DNA of 64,000 nucleotides, taken from positions 86,092-150,091 of the forward strand of contig CAWCVB010000010.1 of NCBI GenBank assembly GCA_963798915.1, given 5' to 3'. The translations under genes and the position numbers were made by a program. Origin of the DNA: an uncultured Gemmatimonadales bacterium (GTDB taxonomy: Bacteria; Gemmatimonadota; Gemmatimonadetes; Gemmatimonadales; GWC2-71-9). Within the stretch, counting starts at the first letter, position 1; each line of letters starts with the position of its first letter. Below are positions 10,174 through 20,946 of this stretch, one piece after another. The notes under the pieces are model-generated. The model saw only the letters and a program-made list of their open reading frames with translations, did no database searches and was not told the origin of the DNA.

Positions 10174-11203
10174 GCTCCCATACCACCGCCCGGACCAGCC
10201 CGCGCGCGGCCAGCAGCAGCGGCGAGCCTCCCGAGAATGCCCCGGCAATTGCATAGAGCATGGCTGGCGGAAACGGCGCCTCCCCGGCGATGGCATAGAC
10301 CGGGTCCCACCGACCCGGCCGAAGCCGCGCCTTGAAGCGGTCGAGTCCGGCAAAGTTATAGAACCGTCGGCCATGCAGTCGGACCCATCCGAGCGCAAAG
10401 CGAAGCCACAAGGGTTCGTGGCCTTCCACTCCTGCCGGAACATGGGCCGACAACGGTGCCAGACCCAGCGTGACAAACTCCGAATCCTCGCTCGCAAATG
10501 CCCGCATGGCGGCATCCACCAGTCGATCGGTCGTGCCATTGACCGCCCCGCTACCCCGAACGAACTGCTCCACCAGCCATCCACGTCGCGCGGGCACCGG
10601 CGAGGCAATAAGAAAGGCGATCATGCGTTGCGACCGCCGCGCCACGAAGACCCGGCGACCCGCGAGGCGCGAAAGCGTCTCGGGCTCGACCAGAAAGTGC
10701 AATGGCGGCAGGCCCCGCGTGGCGAGCCACTCGGTCAGGCAGCGCCGGAGTTCCGGATGCGCTTCGGCCAGCGCCACCGGCCATTCCTCCACCACCACGC
10801 CCTTGTTGCGCGCGCGATTGAGCTGTGCTCGTACCGACGCGTGCGACCGGCAGATCTCCCCCCAGCGCCGGGGATCCCAGACGGGCTGAGCACCAAGCAC
10901 GGCCATCGCATGACTTGGCGAGTCGCGATAAAGTGACTCGAGCCTGGCCTCGGCACCGAAATAGCAGACCCGCAAGCCCGCCTCGCGCGTGGCCTGCTCA
11001 AATTCCGCCGCCACACTTGCCAGCCGGAGCAGTGGCGCCACCGGCGACCCGGCCACCACGCGTACCCCCGCCGCCTCGACGTACCCGACGACAGCATCAC
11101 CCGATGCGCTGAACCAGTGGCTGATACCCGGATTCACGATCTGATACGCCGTGGCATTCCAGCCATGCTCGAGTACCAGGGCGCGAGCACGCTCGAGAGT
11201 CAT
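10142..11203 (-). CDS. DUF2156 / MprF synthase-domain-like protein
   Basis: [45 protein letters not shown]. Confidence 0.8.
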   Translation of the reverse strand: MTLERARALVLEHGWNATAYQIVNPGISHWFSASGDAVVGYVEAAGVRVVAGSPVAPLLRLASVAAEFEQATREAGLRVCYFGAEARLESLYRDSPSHAMAVLGAQPVWDPRRWGEICRSHASVRAQLNRARNKGVVVEEWPVALAEAHPELRRCLTEWLATRGLPPLHFLVEPETLSRLAGRRVFVARRSQRMIAFLIASPVPARRGWLVEQFVRGSGAVNGTTDRLVDAAMRAFASEDSEFVTLGLAPLSAHVPAGVEGHEPLWLRFALGWVRLHGRRFYNFAGLDRFKARLRPGRWDPVYAIAGEAPFPPAMLYAIAGAFSGGSPLLLAARGLVRAVVWELTGRRSSAGG

Positions 11204-11625
11204 CCCCTGGGCGGCTCGGTGCTCGATGCGTCAAACTCGAGCGAAGCGGAGTTCAGGCAATAGCGCAGCCCGCCGGGCGCGGGGCCGTCGGGAAAGACAT
11301 GCCCCAAGTGAGCGGCGCAGCGGCTGCAGTGCACTTCGGTACGGGTCATCCCCAACTTGCGATCGGTGGCGGTCTCGATGGCCTCGCGGCTGACCGGGTC
11401 CGTGAAGCTCGGCCAACCCGTACCGGAATCGAACTTGGCGTCGGAGGCGAACAACGGCTGGCCACAGCCAATACACCGATACATTCCTTCCACCTGGTTG
11501 TCCCAGTACTTGCCAGTGAAGGCTGGCTCCGTGCCGGCTTGGCGGGTCACACGATATTGATCAGGCGTCAGTCGCGCTCGCCATTCGTCATCGCTCAGGT
11601 GCTTCCAGTCTGGACTGTCAGGCAT
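11200..11625 (-). CDS. msrB: Peptide-methionine (R)-S-oxide reductase
   Basis: [35 protein letters not shown]. Confidence 0.96.
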   Translation of the reverse strand: MPDSPDWKHLSDDEWRARLTPDQYRVTRQAGTEPAFTGKYWDNQVEGMYRCIGCGQPLFASDAKFDSGTGWPSFTDPVSREAIETATDRKLGMTRTEVHCSRCAAHLGHVFPDGPAPGGLRYCLNSASLEFDASSTEPPRG

Positions 11626-11664
11626 CAGGACCTCAGGGGTTCGTCGGGCATCCATGGCACACAT

Positions 11665-14316
11665 TCAGGTAGTGAGTTCCGTTCGGGCGTGTGATGCACT
11701 CACCGGCGCGCGCCTTCCGCGCACCATTCCCTCCGCTGCCACGCCAGAGCGAAGAGCATCAGCGGCCGTGGCCTGCACCTGCGCCGCGGTCACTTCCCGG
11801 AAATGCGACCCGGGATCATCCAGTTCCGCCAGCCCGTCGCCAATCATCCATGCCTCAAGGATCTCGCCCGCCACGGCGCCAGCACTCTGGCGGCGTACCC
11901 GCGTCTGCCCGTCGAGGTAGCGGATGGCACGCTGAAGCTCGTCCGCCTCCACCGGCTCAGTGGCAAATCGATCAAGTTCCTCGAGCATGGCGACCCTGGC
12001 CTCGTCCTCCCGCTCGGGAGAGGTGGCGATGTAGGTGACCAGTGCCCCGGCGCGTCCACGCTGCCAGGTGCTGAGCAGGACGGTGTAGGCCAGCGACCGC
12101 TTGTCCCGCAAGGCCTCAAAGAGACGGCCGCCGAGCCCACTCGCTATCGCGGCCAGCACGGTGGCAGCGTGTCGAGCCCTGTCCCGGCGCGCCGGCCCCG
12201 GGAACAGCATTGCAAACGCCGTCTGGGCGCGGTCGCGCTCGACGATGCGCTGGCCTCGAGTCTCAAGTAGCACGCCCGCATCGCCGCCGGCGCCAGCGTC
12301 CCGTGCCGGCAAGTCGGCGAAGACGGCGCTAAGTCGGTCGGCCAGCAGGCTTTCATCGCCATCCCCCACCGCGACGATTACCGGCCGGGACTGGCTGCGT
12401 GCATTCGCGAGCCATCGCCCGGCGTCGGCTGCCTCGAAGGTAGTCAGGGTCTCGACGGTGCCATGCAGCGGAAGACCGTAACCGGCATCGCCGAATCCGG
12501 CCCGAAACGCCAACTCGAACGGATAGGTGAACATGTCGTCAGTGGACTGCCGTACCTCCTCGATCAGCAGGTCGCGCTCCCGGCGGACCGCTTCCTCATC
12601 GAAGCGTGGCGCTTCCAGCACCAGCCTGAGGAGTTCGGCGCTGCCCTGCGCATGGCGACCCAGCACACCGGCGCCGAAGCCAAACCAGTCCGACGCGACC
12701 ACGGGTGACACCGACCCGCCCTGTGACTCAAAGGCATAGGCAAGCTGGCGCGCGTCCAGCAAACCGGCGCCGCGAACTGCCGAACGGACGGCGAGCGCAC
12801 CCAGGCCGGCCTCGCGCGGCGCATCGAACCGGGTCCGCGGATAGTAGAGACCCAGCGACACCAGTGGTACGCCCGGCTTCCGCCGCACCAGCAGGTCCGC
12901 CCCCTTCAGCGCGACGTGAAGCACACCATGCTCACGCTCGCGCGGCGCCGCCGGAGCGGCTGCGTGCAATGGGGGAGCCCAGCGCGGTACCAGCGTCGAC
13001 GGAATGCCGCTCCCGCGGAACGCCTGCGCCAGGCGATCGGTCGTCAGGTCCTCGCCATCCTCGGTCGGCAGGTAGACCACACCCGCCACTGCGCCGGGAT
13101 CGAGATAGCGCTCCGCCACGGCCCGGACTTCATCCACCGTGACCTGCTCGAGCCGCTGGTAGTCGCGGTCGAGCAGCGCCGTGTCTCCCAGGGCTTCGAC
13201 CGACGCCAGCGCCATGGCGTGGCCTTCCATCCCTTCCAGCCGGCGGGCCCACTGGTACTGCAGCAGTGCGCGCGCCCGATCAAGGTCCTCACTGGTCGGC
13301 CCGGTGCTGGCCAGGCGGCGCACCGCTCCACCGATGCCGTCGAGCGCCTGGCCCACCCGAGCCGGAGGCAAGTCGGCGCCGATCGAGAAGATCCCGATTT
13401 CTGTGGGTGAGTAGTGGTAGGCGCCGACCCCCATGGCAGCACCAGTTTCGCGCAGCTGCTGGTACAGCCAGGCACCGCGGCCGGATGCCAGCACCGCCGC
13501 CGCGAGATCGAGGGGCACATTGTCGTCGTGGAGTGCGGGGACACCACGCCAGCCCAGAACCAGCTCCGCCTGCGCCACGTCGCCGCGCAGGGTTCTCACT
13601 CGCAGCTCGTGATGGGGCGGCTCCTCGGGCGATTGGTCAATGGCACCCGGTGCTGCCACCCAATCGCCGTAGCAATCCATCGCCAGGGACAGCGCGCCCT
13701 CGACCTCGATGTCACCCACGATGGAGACGATCACCCGGCTCGGCACATATCGAGAACGGTAGTAGCCGACGACGTCGCTTCTGGTGTACCCGCGCAACTG
13801 CTCCTCGGTCCCGATCCGCCACCGGCGAATGCGGTGGCGGTCGAACATCACGCCGTTCAATGTTTCGGCCGCCACGGCCGACGGCGAGTCCAGTTTTCGC
13901 TTGGCTTCCTCAATGATGACCTGCAACTCACGGCGCAACTCGTCGGCATCGATTGCCGAGTTGCGGAGGGCGTCGCTCTGGATGGCTAATGCGCGGGCCA
14001 GACCCTCGGGCGGGAGTACGACGTAATAGGCGGTATGGTCGTAGGCCGTGTGGGCGTTGACGTAACCGCCCAGCGCCTTGGTCTCTCGCGCCACCACTCC
14101 GGGCCCGCGCGTCGCTGTTCCCTTGAAGAACATGTGCTCGAGGACATGCGAAATGCCGACCTGGTCGTCCGGCTCATCGAAGAAACCGGCGTTCACATGC
14201 GTGACCACCGCGACCGCGGGGGCCGAGGCGTCGCGCAGCGCCAGGATGGTCAAGCCATTGGGGAGAACAGTGCGCCGGAGACCGGCGGTCCAGCGAGGAG
14301 AGGGAGCGGTGGTCAT
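11665..14316 (-). CDS. M16 (pitrilysin-family) zinc protease
   Basis: GISHVLEHMFFKGT (HxxEH), SRLF-like GGRLFEALRDKRSLAY; 883 aa. Confidence 0.92.
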   Translation of the reverse strand: MTTAPSPRWTAGLRRTVLPNGLTILALRDASAPAVAVVTHVNAGFFDEPDDQVGISHVLEHMFFKGTATRGPGVVARETKALGGYVNAHTAYDHTAYYVVLPPEGLARALAIQSDALRNSAIDADELRRELQVIIEEAKRKLDSPSAVAAETLNGVMFDRHRIRRWRIGTEEQLRGYTRSDVVGYYRSRYVPSRVIVSIVGDIEVEGALSLAMDCYGDWVAAPGAIDQSPEEPPHHELRVRTLRGDVAQAELVLGWRGVPALHDDNVPLDLAAAVLASGRGAWLYQQLRETGAAMGVGAYHYSPTEIGIFSIGADLPPARVGQALDGIGGAVRRLASTGPTSEDLDRARALLQYQWARRLEGMEGHAMALASVEALGDTALLDRDYQRLEQVTVDEVRAVAERYLDPGAVAGVVYLPTEDGEDLTTDRLAQAFRGSGIPSTLVPRWAPPLHAAAPAAPREREHGVLHVALKGADLLVRRKPGVPLVSLGLYYPRTRFDAPREAGLGALAVRSAVRGAGLLDARQLAYAFESQGGSVSPVVASDWFGFGAGVLGRHAQGSAELLRLVLEAPRFDEEAVRRERDLLIEEVRQSTDDMFTYPFELAFRAGFGDAGYGLPLHGTVETLTTFEAADAGRWLANARSQSRPVIVAVGDGDESLLADRLSAVFADLPARDAGAGGDAGVLLETRGQRIVERDRAQTAFAMLFPGPARRDRARHAATVLAAIASGLGGRLFEALRDKRSLAYTVLLSTWQRGRAGALVTYIATSPEREDEARVAMLEELDRFATEPVEADELQRAIRYLDGQTRVRRQSAGAVAGEILEAWMIGDGLAELDDPGSHFREVTAAQVQATAADALRSGVAAEGMVRGRRAPVSASHARTELTT

Positions 14317-14411
14317 TCAGAAAGATAGGGGGGATGGGCGGATGCGGCGCGAGGACGACGATCGTCCGACGCGGTCATTGTGAGCGCCCATCCGCCTTCC
14401 CGCCTGCCCGG

Positions 14412-15527
14412 CTACGAAACGATTCTGATCACGCCGGCCGCGGCGCTGCCACGAACGAAGGCCTCCGGACTTGTGACTGGAATGACGACGCCGGTCTCGG
14501 TCTGGCCCCGACGCGCATGCCCCAGCATGAACTCGCTCAGCGACGCCGTCTGCCACTCACGCTCGGCATCCTTCATCTGCTGGAGAATCTCGTCCCAGGT
14601 TCCCCGCAGCAGGGTGCCGGCAAGGGTCATGACCTCGTGGACGCCACCATTGGGCGGGCGCCGCGGGGCATGCGGGTCCGTCAGCAATGCAGCGAAAAGT
14701 TCCAGCTGGGTCGGATCCCGCAGCGACCCATCAGGCTGCTGGGCTTCCACCTCCGCGAGGAGCATTTCCAGCGCATCGGGTTCGGCCGTGATCTGCTCCA
14801 GCCGGGACATCCAGGGTTCGAGCTCGGGATCGTCATCCGGCAGGCGGTACACACTCCGCTTCAGTTCAATGACACGCCAGAGCGCCAGCTCATCGAAGTG
14901 GTCCTCGGGGCGGGTGCGCTCCAGGTGATGCAGCGCGGCATCGCTCTCGCCGCGGTCGTACAGCATGTTCGCCAGGTAGATCCGCGCTTCAGCGAAGTCG
15001 GACTCCAGGGCCAGCGCGCGCCGAAGCCAGTACAGGGCATCGCCCTCCCGGCCCAGCCGGTGTGCCGCGTATCCGATCGACGCCGCCGCATCGGACGAGT
15101 CGGGATGCACCTGGCTGGCGAGCTCGAAGAACCGATGCGCCGGTCCGGTGAGTCCCTCCCGAAAAAGAGACCGGCCAACCTGGAGCATCAGGTCATGATC
15201 GTCCGAAAAACCGAGATCAAGGATTCGTTCGAAGGCACGGATCGCGCCGGCGCGATTGCCGAGTCGAAGCAAGGTCTCGCCCATGCCGGCCAGTCCATCC
15301 TCGTGATCCGGATCGAGCGCCAGCGCGGCTTCGAACGCACGCCGGGCCCACGCGATGTCCTCGCGCGCGAGGTAGGCATAGCCGAGACCGACCTGTAATT
15401 CGACCGCGTGGGGATAGAGCACGAGGCCTTCGCGAAGCACGGTCAAGGCGTCGTCGTAGCGTCCCTCGTTGTACAGCTGGTGGGCCTGCTCGTCAAAGTC
15501 GTCGGAGCTGCGAAAGGCATCCGACAT
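14412..15527 (-). CDS. Tetratricopeptide-repeat protein
   Basis: Repeated TPR motifs (LGYAYL...ALALDPDH; ALALESDFAEARIYLA). Confidence 0.85.
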   Translation of the reverse strand: MSDAFRSSDDFDEQAHQLYNEGRYDDALTVLREGLVLYPHAVELQVGLGYAYLAREDIAWARRAFEAALALDPDHEDGLAGMGETLLRLGNRAGAIRAFERILDLGFSDDHDLMLQVGRSLFREGLTGPAHRFFELASQVHPDSSDAAASIGYAAHRLGREGDALYWLRRALALESDFAEARIYLANMLYDRGESDAALHHLERTRPEDHFDELALWRVIELKRSVYRLPDDDPELEPWMSRLEQITAEPDALEMLLAEVEAQQPDGSLRDPTQLELFAALLTDPHAPRRPPNGGVHEVMTLAGTLLRGTWDEILQQMKDAEREWQTASLSEFMLGHARRGQTETGVVIPVTSPEAFVRGSAAAGVIRIVS

Positions 15528-15634
15528 CGGCGGGGCCTCCAAGGGTGGGAAGGCAGTGGGCTGTGAGGTATGGGCTGAAGGTAATGGGCTGAAGGCTACA
15601 AGCTGAAGGGAGCGGGTGGAAGGCTTCCCGGCCC

Positions 15635-15680
15635 TTGACGTGGAGCGCGACCCATTTAATTTACCGACCAGTCAGTTACT
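15635..15680 (+). promoter_or_regulatory. Putative sigma70 promoter with overlapping TetR-type operator
   Basis: TTGACG-16 nt-TAATTT followed by imperfect palindrome TACCGACC/AGTCAGTTA upstream of tetR. Confidence 0.5.
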
Positions 15681-15694
15681 TAGGACGTTTCTTG

Positions 15695-16366
15695 ATGGAA
15701 CCAAAACCCGATTCCCCAATCCCCTGCTCCCGTGAACCACGCTGGCAGCGCCGTCCCGAGGACCGCCCCGACGAAATCCTGGCCGCGGCACTCCGGATCT
15801 TTGGCGAACAGGGCTACGCCCGCGCCCGGATCGAGGACGTGGCCCAGCTCGCCGGCGTGAGCAAGGGCACGCTGTACTGCTATTTCGATTCCAAGGAAGC
15901 GCTGTTCCGCGCCATGGTCCGCAAGCATATCGTGAGCCGGCTGGCCGATTTCCAGGCCAAGCTCGACACCACCGATGCCTCATCGACTGACCTGGTGCGC
16001 AGCTTCATCGCCGCCATGTGGCATACCCTGATCGACGACCGCATGGTGGACATCACCCGGCTGGTGCACCACGAACTGGTGCAATTCCCCGAACTGGCCC
16101 GCTTCTATTCGGACGAAGTGATCCTGGCGACGCGCCGCACACTCGAGGGCGTCATTGCGCGGGGCGTCGAGCGGGGCGAATTCCGGCAGGTGAAGCACGG
16201 CTTCGGCAGCCGGGGCACCCAGATGCTGCTGGTGCACGCGGCGAAGCTGCAGAGCTTCTTCGCCATCCATGATCCGGACGCGCTGAATGACCAGGAAGTC
16301 GTGGAGGGCGTCACCGATCTCATTCTGAACGGGCTGGCGGCCCGCCCTACCATCCCAGCACCATGA
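15695..16366 (+). CDS. TetR/AcrR-family regulator
   Basis: ILAAALRIFGEQGY...VAQLAGVSKGTLYCYFDSKEALF HTH. Confidence 0.92.
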   Translation: MEPKPDSPIPCSREPRWQRRPEDRPDEILAAALRIFGEQGYARARIEDVAQLAGVSKGTLYCYFDSKEALFRAMVRKHIVSRLADFQAKLDTTDASSTDLVRSFIAAMWHTLIDDRMVDITRLVHHELVQFPELARFYSDEVILATRRTLEGVIARGVERGEFRQVKHGFGSRGTQMLLVHAAKLQSFFAIHDPDALNDQEVVEGVTDLILNGLAARPTIPAP

Positions 16367-17679
16367 CTCGACACTTCACGCTATTCGCGCTTGCGCTGCT
16401 TGCGGCGGTTTCACCGCTTGCGGCCCAGACCGCCGGCACCACGCTGCCGGTTCCCTTCACGCTCCAGGACGCCATGCAGCTCGGGCGGGACCACGGCGTG
16501 GCGGCGGCACTCGCCCGCCTCAACGCCCGGCTGGCCGAGTCACGCGTGGGTGAGCGGCGCGCTGACCTGCTGCCCAGCATCAACGGCGGGGCGACCTTCG
16601 CGCGCCAGACCACGAACCTCGACGAGTTCGGCATCAGCGAATTCACCGGCGTGACTGACCCGTTCAACATCTGGCGACTCACCCTGGGTGGCAGCCAGAC
16701 GATCTTCGATGCGGCCGCACTGACGCGTGTGAGTGCGGCGCGCGACAGCGCCACCGCCGCCGGACTCGACGCCCGCGCCGCCGGCAACCTGGCCGCCGCA
16801 TCCGCGGGCGTGGCCTACCTGCGCTACGCTGCGGCGCTCGAGACGGTGCAGGCGCGGGAAGCCGACAGCACCATCGCGGCCGCGCTCTACCAGCAGGCCC
16901 GGGATCTCCTCGAGGCCGGGGTCAGCGCCGCCATCGATGCCACCCGGAGCGAGGTCGCATTCGCCGCAGCCCGCACCGACCTCGAGCTCGCACGGAACCA
17001 GCGGGATCGCGCGCGGCTTGATCTGACCCGCGCGCTCTCGCTGCCTCCAACCATTGCCATCAGCATGCCTGACTCGCTGACGAGCATCGCCGCTGGACTG
17101 CCGAGCGATCCGGATTCGGCGGTGGCGCTGGCCTTTGCGCGTCGCGCTGAACTTGCGGCCGAAACGGCGCGCACACGCGCCATCTCCCGGAGCGCCACCG
17201 CCATACGACGCGAACAGCTGCCATCCCTCGCCGTGCAGGGTGCGGTGCAGGAAACCGGTCCGGACCTCGACCAGTTCTCCAGCGTGTGGCACGTGGAGGT
17301 CGGGGTCAAGGTCCCCCTGCTGGACGGGTTCCGGCGACAGCGGCGGATCGAAGAGCAGTCGTTGCGGCTGGATGCCCAGCGCCTGCGGCAATCGGATCTG
17401 GAAGTGCGCGTCGCCACTGAAGTGCGGAGCTCGTTGCTCGATCTGTTGTCGGCACGGCAGCAGGTCGGTCTCGCCCGCACCCGGCTCCAGCTGGCGCAGC
17501 AGGAACTGACGCAGGCACGGCAGCGTTTTGCCGCCGGCGTTGCCGGAACGGTCGAGACCTCGAACGCCCAGAGTTCGGTCGTGGCCGCTCGCAACGGACT
17601 GATTCAGGCTCACGCTGCGCTTGGTACCGCTGAAGTCGGCGCCATGCAGGCCATGGGCCTCCTGGACAATGCACAATGA
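16363..17679 (+). CDS. TolC-family outer membrane efflux protein
   Basis: Signal peptide, LLPSI and QLPSL motifs, VPLLDG; operon with MFP and MFS genes. Confidence 0.88.
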   Translation: MTRHFTLFALALLAAVSPLAAQTAGTTLPVPFTLQDAMQLGRDHGVAAALARLNARLAESRVGERRADLLPSINGGATFARQTTNLDEFGISEFTGVTDPFNIWRLTLGGSQTIFDAAALTRVSAARDSATAAGLDARAAGNLAAASAGVAYLRYAAALETVQAREADSTIAAALYQQARDLLEAGVSAAIDATRSEVAFAAARTDLELARNQRDRARLDLTRALSLPPTIAISMPDSLTSIAAGLPSDPDSAVALAFARRAELAAETARTRAISRSATAIRREQLPSLAVQGAVQETGPDLDQFSSVWHVEVGVKVPLLDGFRRQRRIEEQSLRLDAQRLRQSDLEVRVATEVRSSLLDLLSARQQVGLARTRLQLAQQELTQARQRFAAGVAGTVETSNAQSSVVAARNGLIQAHAALGTAEVGAMQAMGLLDNAQ

Positions 17680-17697
17680 ACTTTTCATGGAATCATC

Positions 17698-18810
17698 ATG
17701 GCAACTGACGTCCTGAACGGCTCCGACATCGAGCGCGAGTCGACCAGCACTCGAGAGCCGGCTGCGCCGCGGGCGCGCCGCCGCTTCAATCCATTGCTCA
17801 TCGTCGTGGTTATCGGCGCCCTGCTCCTGACCTTTGGCCTGAAGCGATACATCTACGGGCGAAGTCACGAATCCACCGACAACGCGCAGGTAGATGGCCA
17901 CATCACGCCCATTGCGCCCAAGCTGGCCGCCTTTGTGGCCCGGGTCATGGTCGAGGACAACGCGCGGGTACGCGAGGGCGATACCCTCGTGATCCTGGAC
18001 GACCGTGACGTGCGGCTCCGGCTGCAGCAGGCGCAGGCCGAGCTTGCCACGGCGCGTGCGGCAGCGGGCACCCGGGGCCTGGGCCAGGCCGAAGCACAGT
18101 TGAATTCCACGCGGGCCGCGGCGGCGGGCTCCAGGGCCAACGTGACGGCCGCCGAGGCCGCTGTGCGTCAGGCGGATGCCGACCTGGCCCGTTATCGCGG
18201 CCTCGCGGCCAAGCAGATCATCTCGGCCCAGCGACTCGATGCCGCCGAGGCCGCTGCGCAGGCCGCGCACGCCAACCTGGAGGCGGCTCGTCGCCAGGCT
18301 TCGGCGGGTGGCAGCAACGTGACGGCGGCCGCGGCCAATGTGCGGGCGGCGGATGCGCGTCTGGCCGCGGCGCAGGCGGCCGTGGACAACGCCGAACTGC
18401 AGCTCTCCTACACGGTGATCACGTCGCCGGCCGAAGGGGTCATTGCCCGCCGCAGCGTCGAGCCGGGTGAGCTGGTCCAGGTCGGGCAGCAATTGATGGC
18501 AGTGGTGCCCGATACGGGCATCTGGGTCACCGCAAACCTGAAGGAGACCCAGTTAAAGGACGTGACTCCCGGAGACTCGGCGGCGTTCTCGGTCGACGCC
18601 TATCCCGGCGTCGTCTTCCGCGGAGCGGTCCAGAGCCTCTCGCCGGCCACCGGAGCGCGCTTTGCCCTCCTGCCGCCGGACAACGCCACCGGCAACTTCA
18701 CCAAGGTGGTGCAGCGCGTGCCGGTCCGGATTGACGTCGAGAATCCGGGAGCGGCGGAGCACCCGCTCCGGCCGGGCATGAGCGTCGAAGTCACCATCTC
18801 GACGCACTGA
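17698..18810 (+). CDS. EmrA/HlyD-family membrane fusion protein
   Basis: STDNAQV, ANLKETQL, PPDNATGNFTKVVQRVPVRI. Confidence 0.93.
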   Translation: MATDVLNGSDIERESTSTREPAAPRARRRFNPLLIVVVIGALLLTFGLKRYIYGRSHESTDNAQVDGHITPIAPKLAAFVARVMVEDNARVREGDTLVILDDRDVRLRLQQAQAELATARAAAGTRGLGQAEAQLNSTRAAAAGSRANVTAAEAAVRQADADLARYRGLAAKQIISAQRLDAAEAAAQAAHANLEAARRQASAGGSNVTAAAANVRAADARLAAAQAAVDNAELQLSYTVITSPAEGVIARRSVEPGELVQVGQQLMAVVPDTGIWVTANLKETQLKDVTPGDSAAFSVDAYPGVVFRGAVQSLSPATGARFALLPPDNATGNFTKVVQRVPVRIDVENPGAAEHPLRPGMSVEVTISTH

Positions 18811-18812
18811 CC

Positions 18813-20399
18813 ATGGCGACCCTGGCACTGCCCGCCCGGCCCGCTCCACGGGACCGGGCGGAGATCTTCCGCTTCCGCTATGTGATCGCCTTTGCCGTGG
18901 TGCTGGCCAGCATGCTCGAGCTGGTGGACACCAGCATCGTCAACGTCGCGATTCCCCATATGATGGGCAATCTCGGCGCCACGATCGAAGAGATTGCCTG
19001 GGTGAGCACCGGCTACATCGTGGCCAACGTGATCATCCTTCCGCTCACTGGCTGGCTTTCGGACCGCTTCGGCCGGCGCAATTACTACACCGGCTCGATC
19101 ATCCTCTTCACCGGTGCGTCGTTCCTCTGCGGCAACGCCCATTCACTGGAGTGGCTGGTGGGCGCGCGAGTGCTGCAGGGCATCGGCGGCGGCGCGCTCA
19201 TTTCGACCGCACAGGCCATTCTCTTTGATGTCTTCCCGCTGCACGAGCGGGGCAAGGCGATGGCCATCTTCGGCATGGGCGTGATGGTGGGGCCCACACT
19301 GGGACCGACGCTGGGCGGCTGGATCACCGACAACTATTCGTGGCCCTGGATCTTCTACATCAACATCCCGCTCGGCATTCTGGCCGCCATCATGACGTGG
19401 CGCTACGTGCCCGAACCCGAACATGAGGTGGACACGAGCACGCCGGTTGACTGGGCCGGACTGGCGCTCCTGATCCTCGGCGTCGGCGCACTTCAGGTGC
19501 TGCTGGAACGCGGCGAGGCACATGCATGGTTCGAGTCACGCGAAATCGTGGCGGAAACCCTGGTCGCTGGCATCGCGATCATCGCCTTCTTCTGGCACGA
19601 ATGGACCACCGACCACCCGGTGGTGAACCTTCGCATTCTCCGGAACCGCCAGCTGTTCGCCGGAACAGCCTTCGGGCTGGTCCTTGGATTCGGGCTGTAT
19701 GCCAGCGTCTTTGCCCTTCCGGTCTTCCTGCAGACCCTGCTTGGCTATTCGGCCTGGGACACCGGCCTGGTCATTCTGCCGGGGGCCATCGCGAGCGCGC
19801 TCACGATGGCGATCGTGGGACGGCTGAGCAACAAGTTCGATGCCCGGGTCCTGATCCTGATCGGCGTGGCGCTCTTCATGTGGTCCATGTGGATGCACTA
19901 CCACTTCACGCTCGACATCGGCATGGGTGATCTCTTCTGGCCCATGGTCTTTCGCGGGGTGGGGCTGGGCTTCATCTTCGTCCCGCTGTCACAGCTGGCG
20001 GTAGCCGATCTCAGGCCCAGCCAGCTGGGGCAAGGCACCGGCTTGTTCAACCTCTCCCGGCAACTGGGCGGCAGCTTCGGGATTGCAGTTGCCGCGACCC
20101 TGCTCACCCGTTTTACCGAGCAGAGCCGGGAGGCCTTGCGGGCTCATCTCGACATCAGCGAGCCGGCAACCCGCTCCTGGCTGGGCGGGGTGACGGCACG
20201 CATGCAGGCCCTGGGCGGGTCCGCCTCGGAGGCGCGCGAGCGGGCCATGACGCTGATCGAAGCCACACTGCACCGGCACGCGAGCATGATCGCGTTCGAG
20301 AAGGTCTTCCTGACGATGGGCCTGGCGTTTCTGGTCACGCTTCCGCTGCTGTACCTCTTCCGGACCGGGAAGACGATGGGCGGCCCGCCGGCGCACTGA
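18813..20399 (+). CDS. DHA2 (EmrB/QacA) MFS efflux permease
   Basis: LVDTSIVNVAIP, GWLSDRFGRR, GPTLGGWI, WIFYINIP. Confidence 0.93.
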   Translation: MATLALPARPAPRDRAEIFRFRYVIAFAVVLASMLELVDTSIVNVAIPHMMGNLGATIEEIAWVSTGYIVANVIILPLTGWLSDRFGRRNYYTGSIILFTGASFLCGNAHSLEWLVGARVLQGIGGGALISTAQAILFDVFPLHERGKAMAIFGMGVMVGPTLGPTLGGWITDNYSWPWIFYINIPLGILAAIMTWRYVPEPEHEVDTSTPVDWAGLALLILGVGALQVLLERGEAHAWFESREIVAETLVAGIAIIAFFWHEWTTDHPVVNLRILRNRQLFAGTAFGLVLGFGLYASVFALPVFLQTLLGYSAWDTGLVILPGAIASALTMAIVGRLSNKFDARVLILIGVALFMWSMWMHYHFTLDIGMGDLFWPMVFRGVGLGFIFVPLSQLAVADLRPSQLGQGTGLFNLSRQLGGSFGIAVAATLLTRFTEQSREALRAHLDISEPATRSWLGGVTARMQALGGSASEARERAMTLIEATLHRHASMIAFEKVFLTMGLAFLVTLPLLYLFRTGKTMGGPPAH

Positions 20400-20402
20400 G
20401 GA

Positions 20403-20518
20403 GGTCAACGGTCAACGGTCAACGGTCAACGGTCAACGGTCAACGGTCAACGGTCAACGGTCAACGGTCAACGGTCAACGGTCAACGGTCAACGGTCAAC
20501 GGTCAACGGTCAACGGTC
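20403..20518. repeat. Perfect heptamer array (GGTCAAC)x16 plus GGTC
   Basis: Counted directly; begins 3 nt after the MFS stop codon. Confidence 0.97.
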
Positions 20519-20586
20519 GCGCGAATATGCTCCCGGATGCGATGATCCGGTACTGTAGCTCTCGCATGCACCTGCCACAGTAGGGC

Positions 20587-20946
20587 ATGGGGAACTACCG
20601 CGCGCTCGATGCCTGGCAGGCCAGTCGCACCTTGGCCGGGCTCACGTACCGGGCGACGGAGCGGTTCCCGCCTGCCGAGCGCTACGGCCTCACGGCCCAG
20701 ATGCGACGCGCCGCGGTCTCGATCATGTCGAATATCGCCGAGGGAGCGGGTCGAGGCAGCGACGCCCAATTCCGTCCCTTCCTGCAGATTGCTCGCGGCT
20801 CTCTCCATGAACTCGAAGCCCAGACCATCCTGGCGAGCGACCTGGCATTCGGCAGCGAGGCTTCACTCGCCGAACTGACTGAGGCGACCCGCCAGACAGC
20901 CCGACTCCTGCACGGCCTGCTCCGCTCACTAAAGAACGCCCCCTAG
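20587..20946 (+). CDS. Four-helix-bundle protein (23S rRNA IVS protein / Avd-like family)
   Basis: YRAL.AWQ, FPPAERYGLTAQMRRAAVSIMSNIAEGAGR, FLQIARGSLHELE. Confidence 0.92.
   Translation: MGNYRALDAWQASRTLAGLTYRATERFPPAERYGLTAQMRRAAVSIMSNIAEGAGRGSDAQFRPFLQIARGSLHELEAQTILASDLAFGSEASLAELTEATRQTARLLHGLLRSLKNAP

Noticed and set aside
20403..20518. Possible CRISPR array
   Set aside because: Contiguous 7-bp units without spacers; no cas genes in the window
20587..20946. Diversity-generating retroelement or rRNA intervening sequence
   Set aside because: Avd/IVS-like protein only; no reverse transcriptase, TR/VR pair or rRNA nearby
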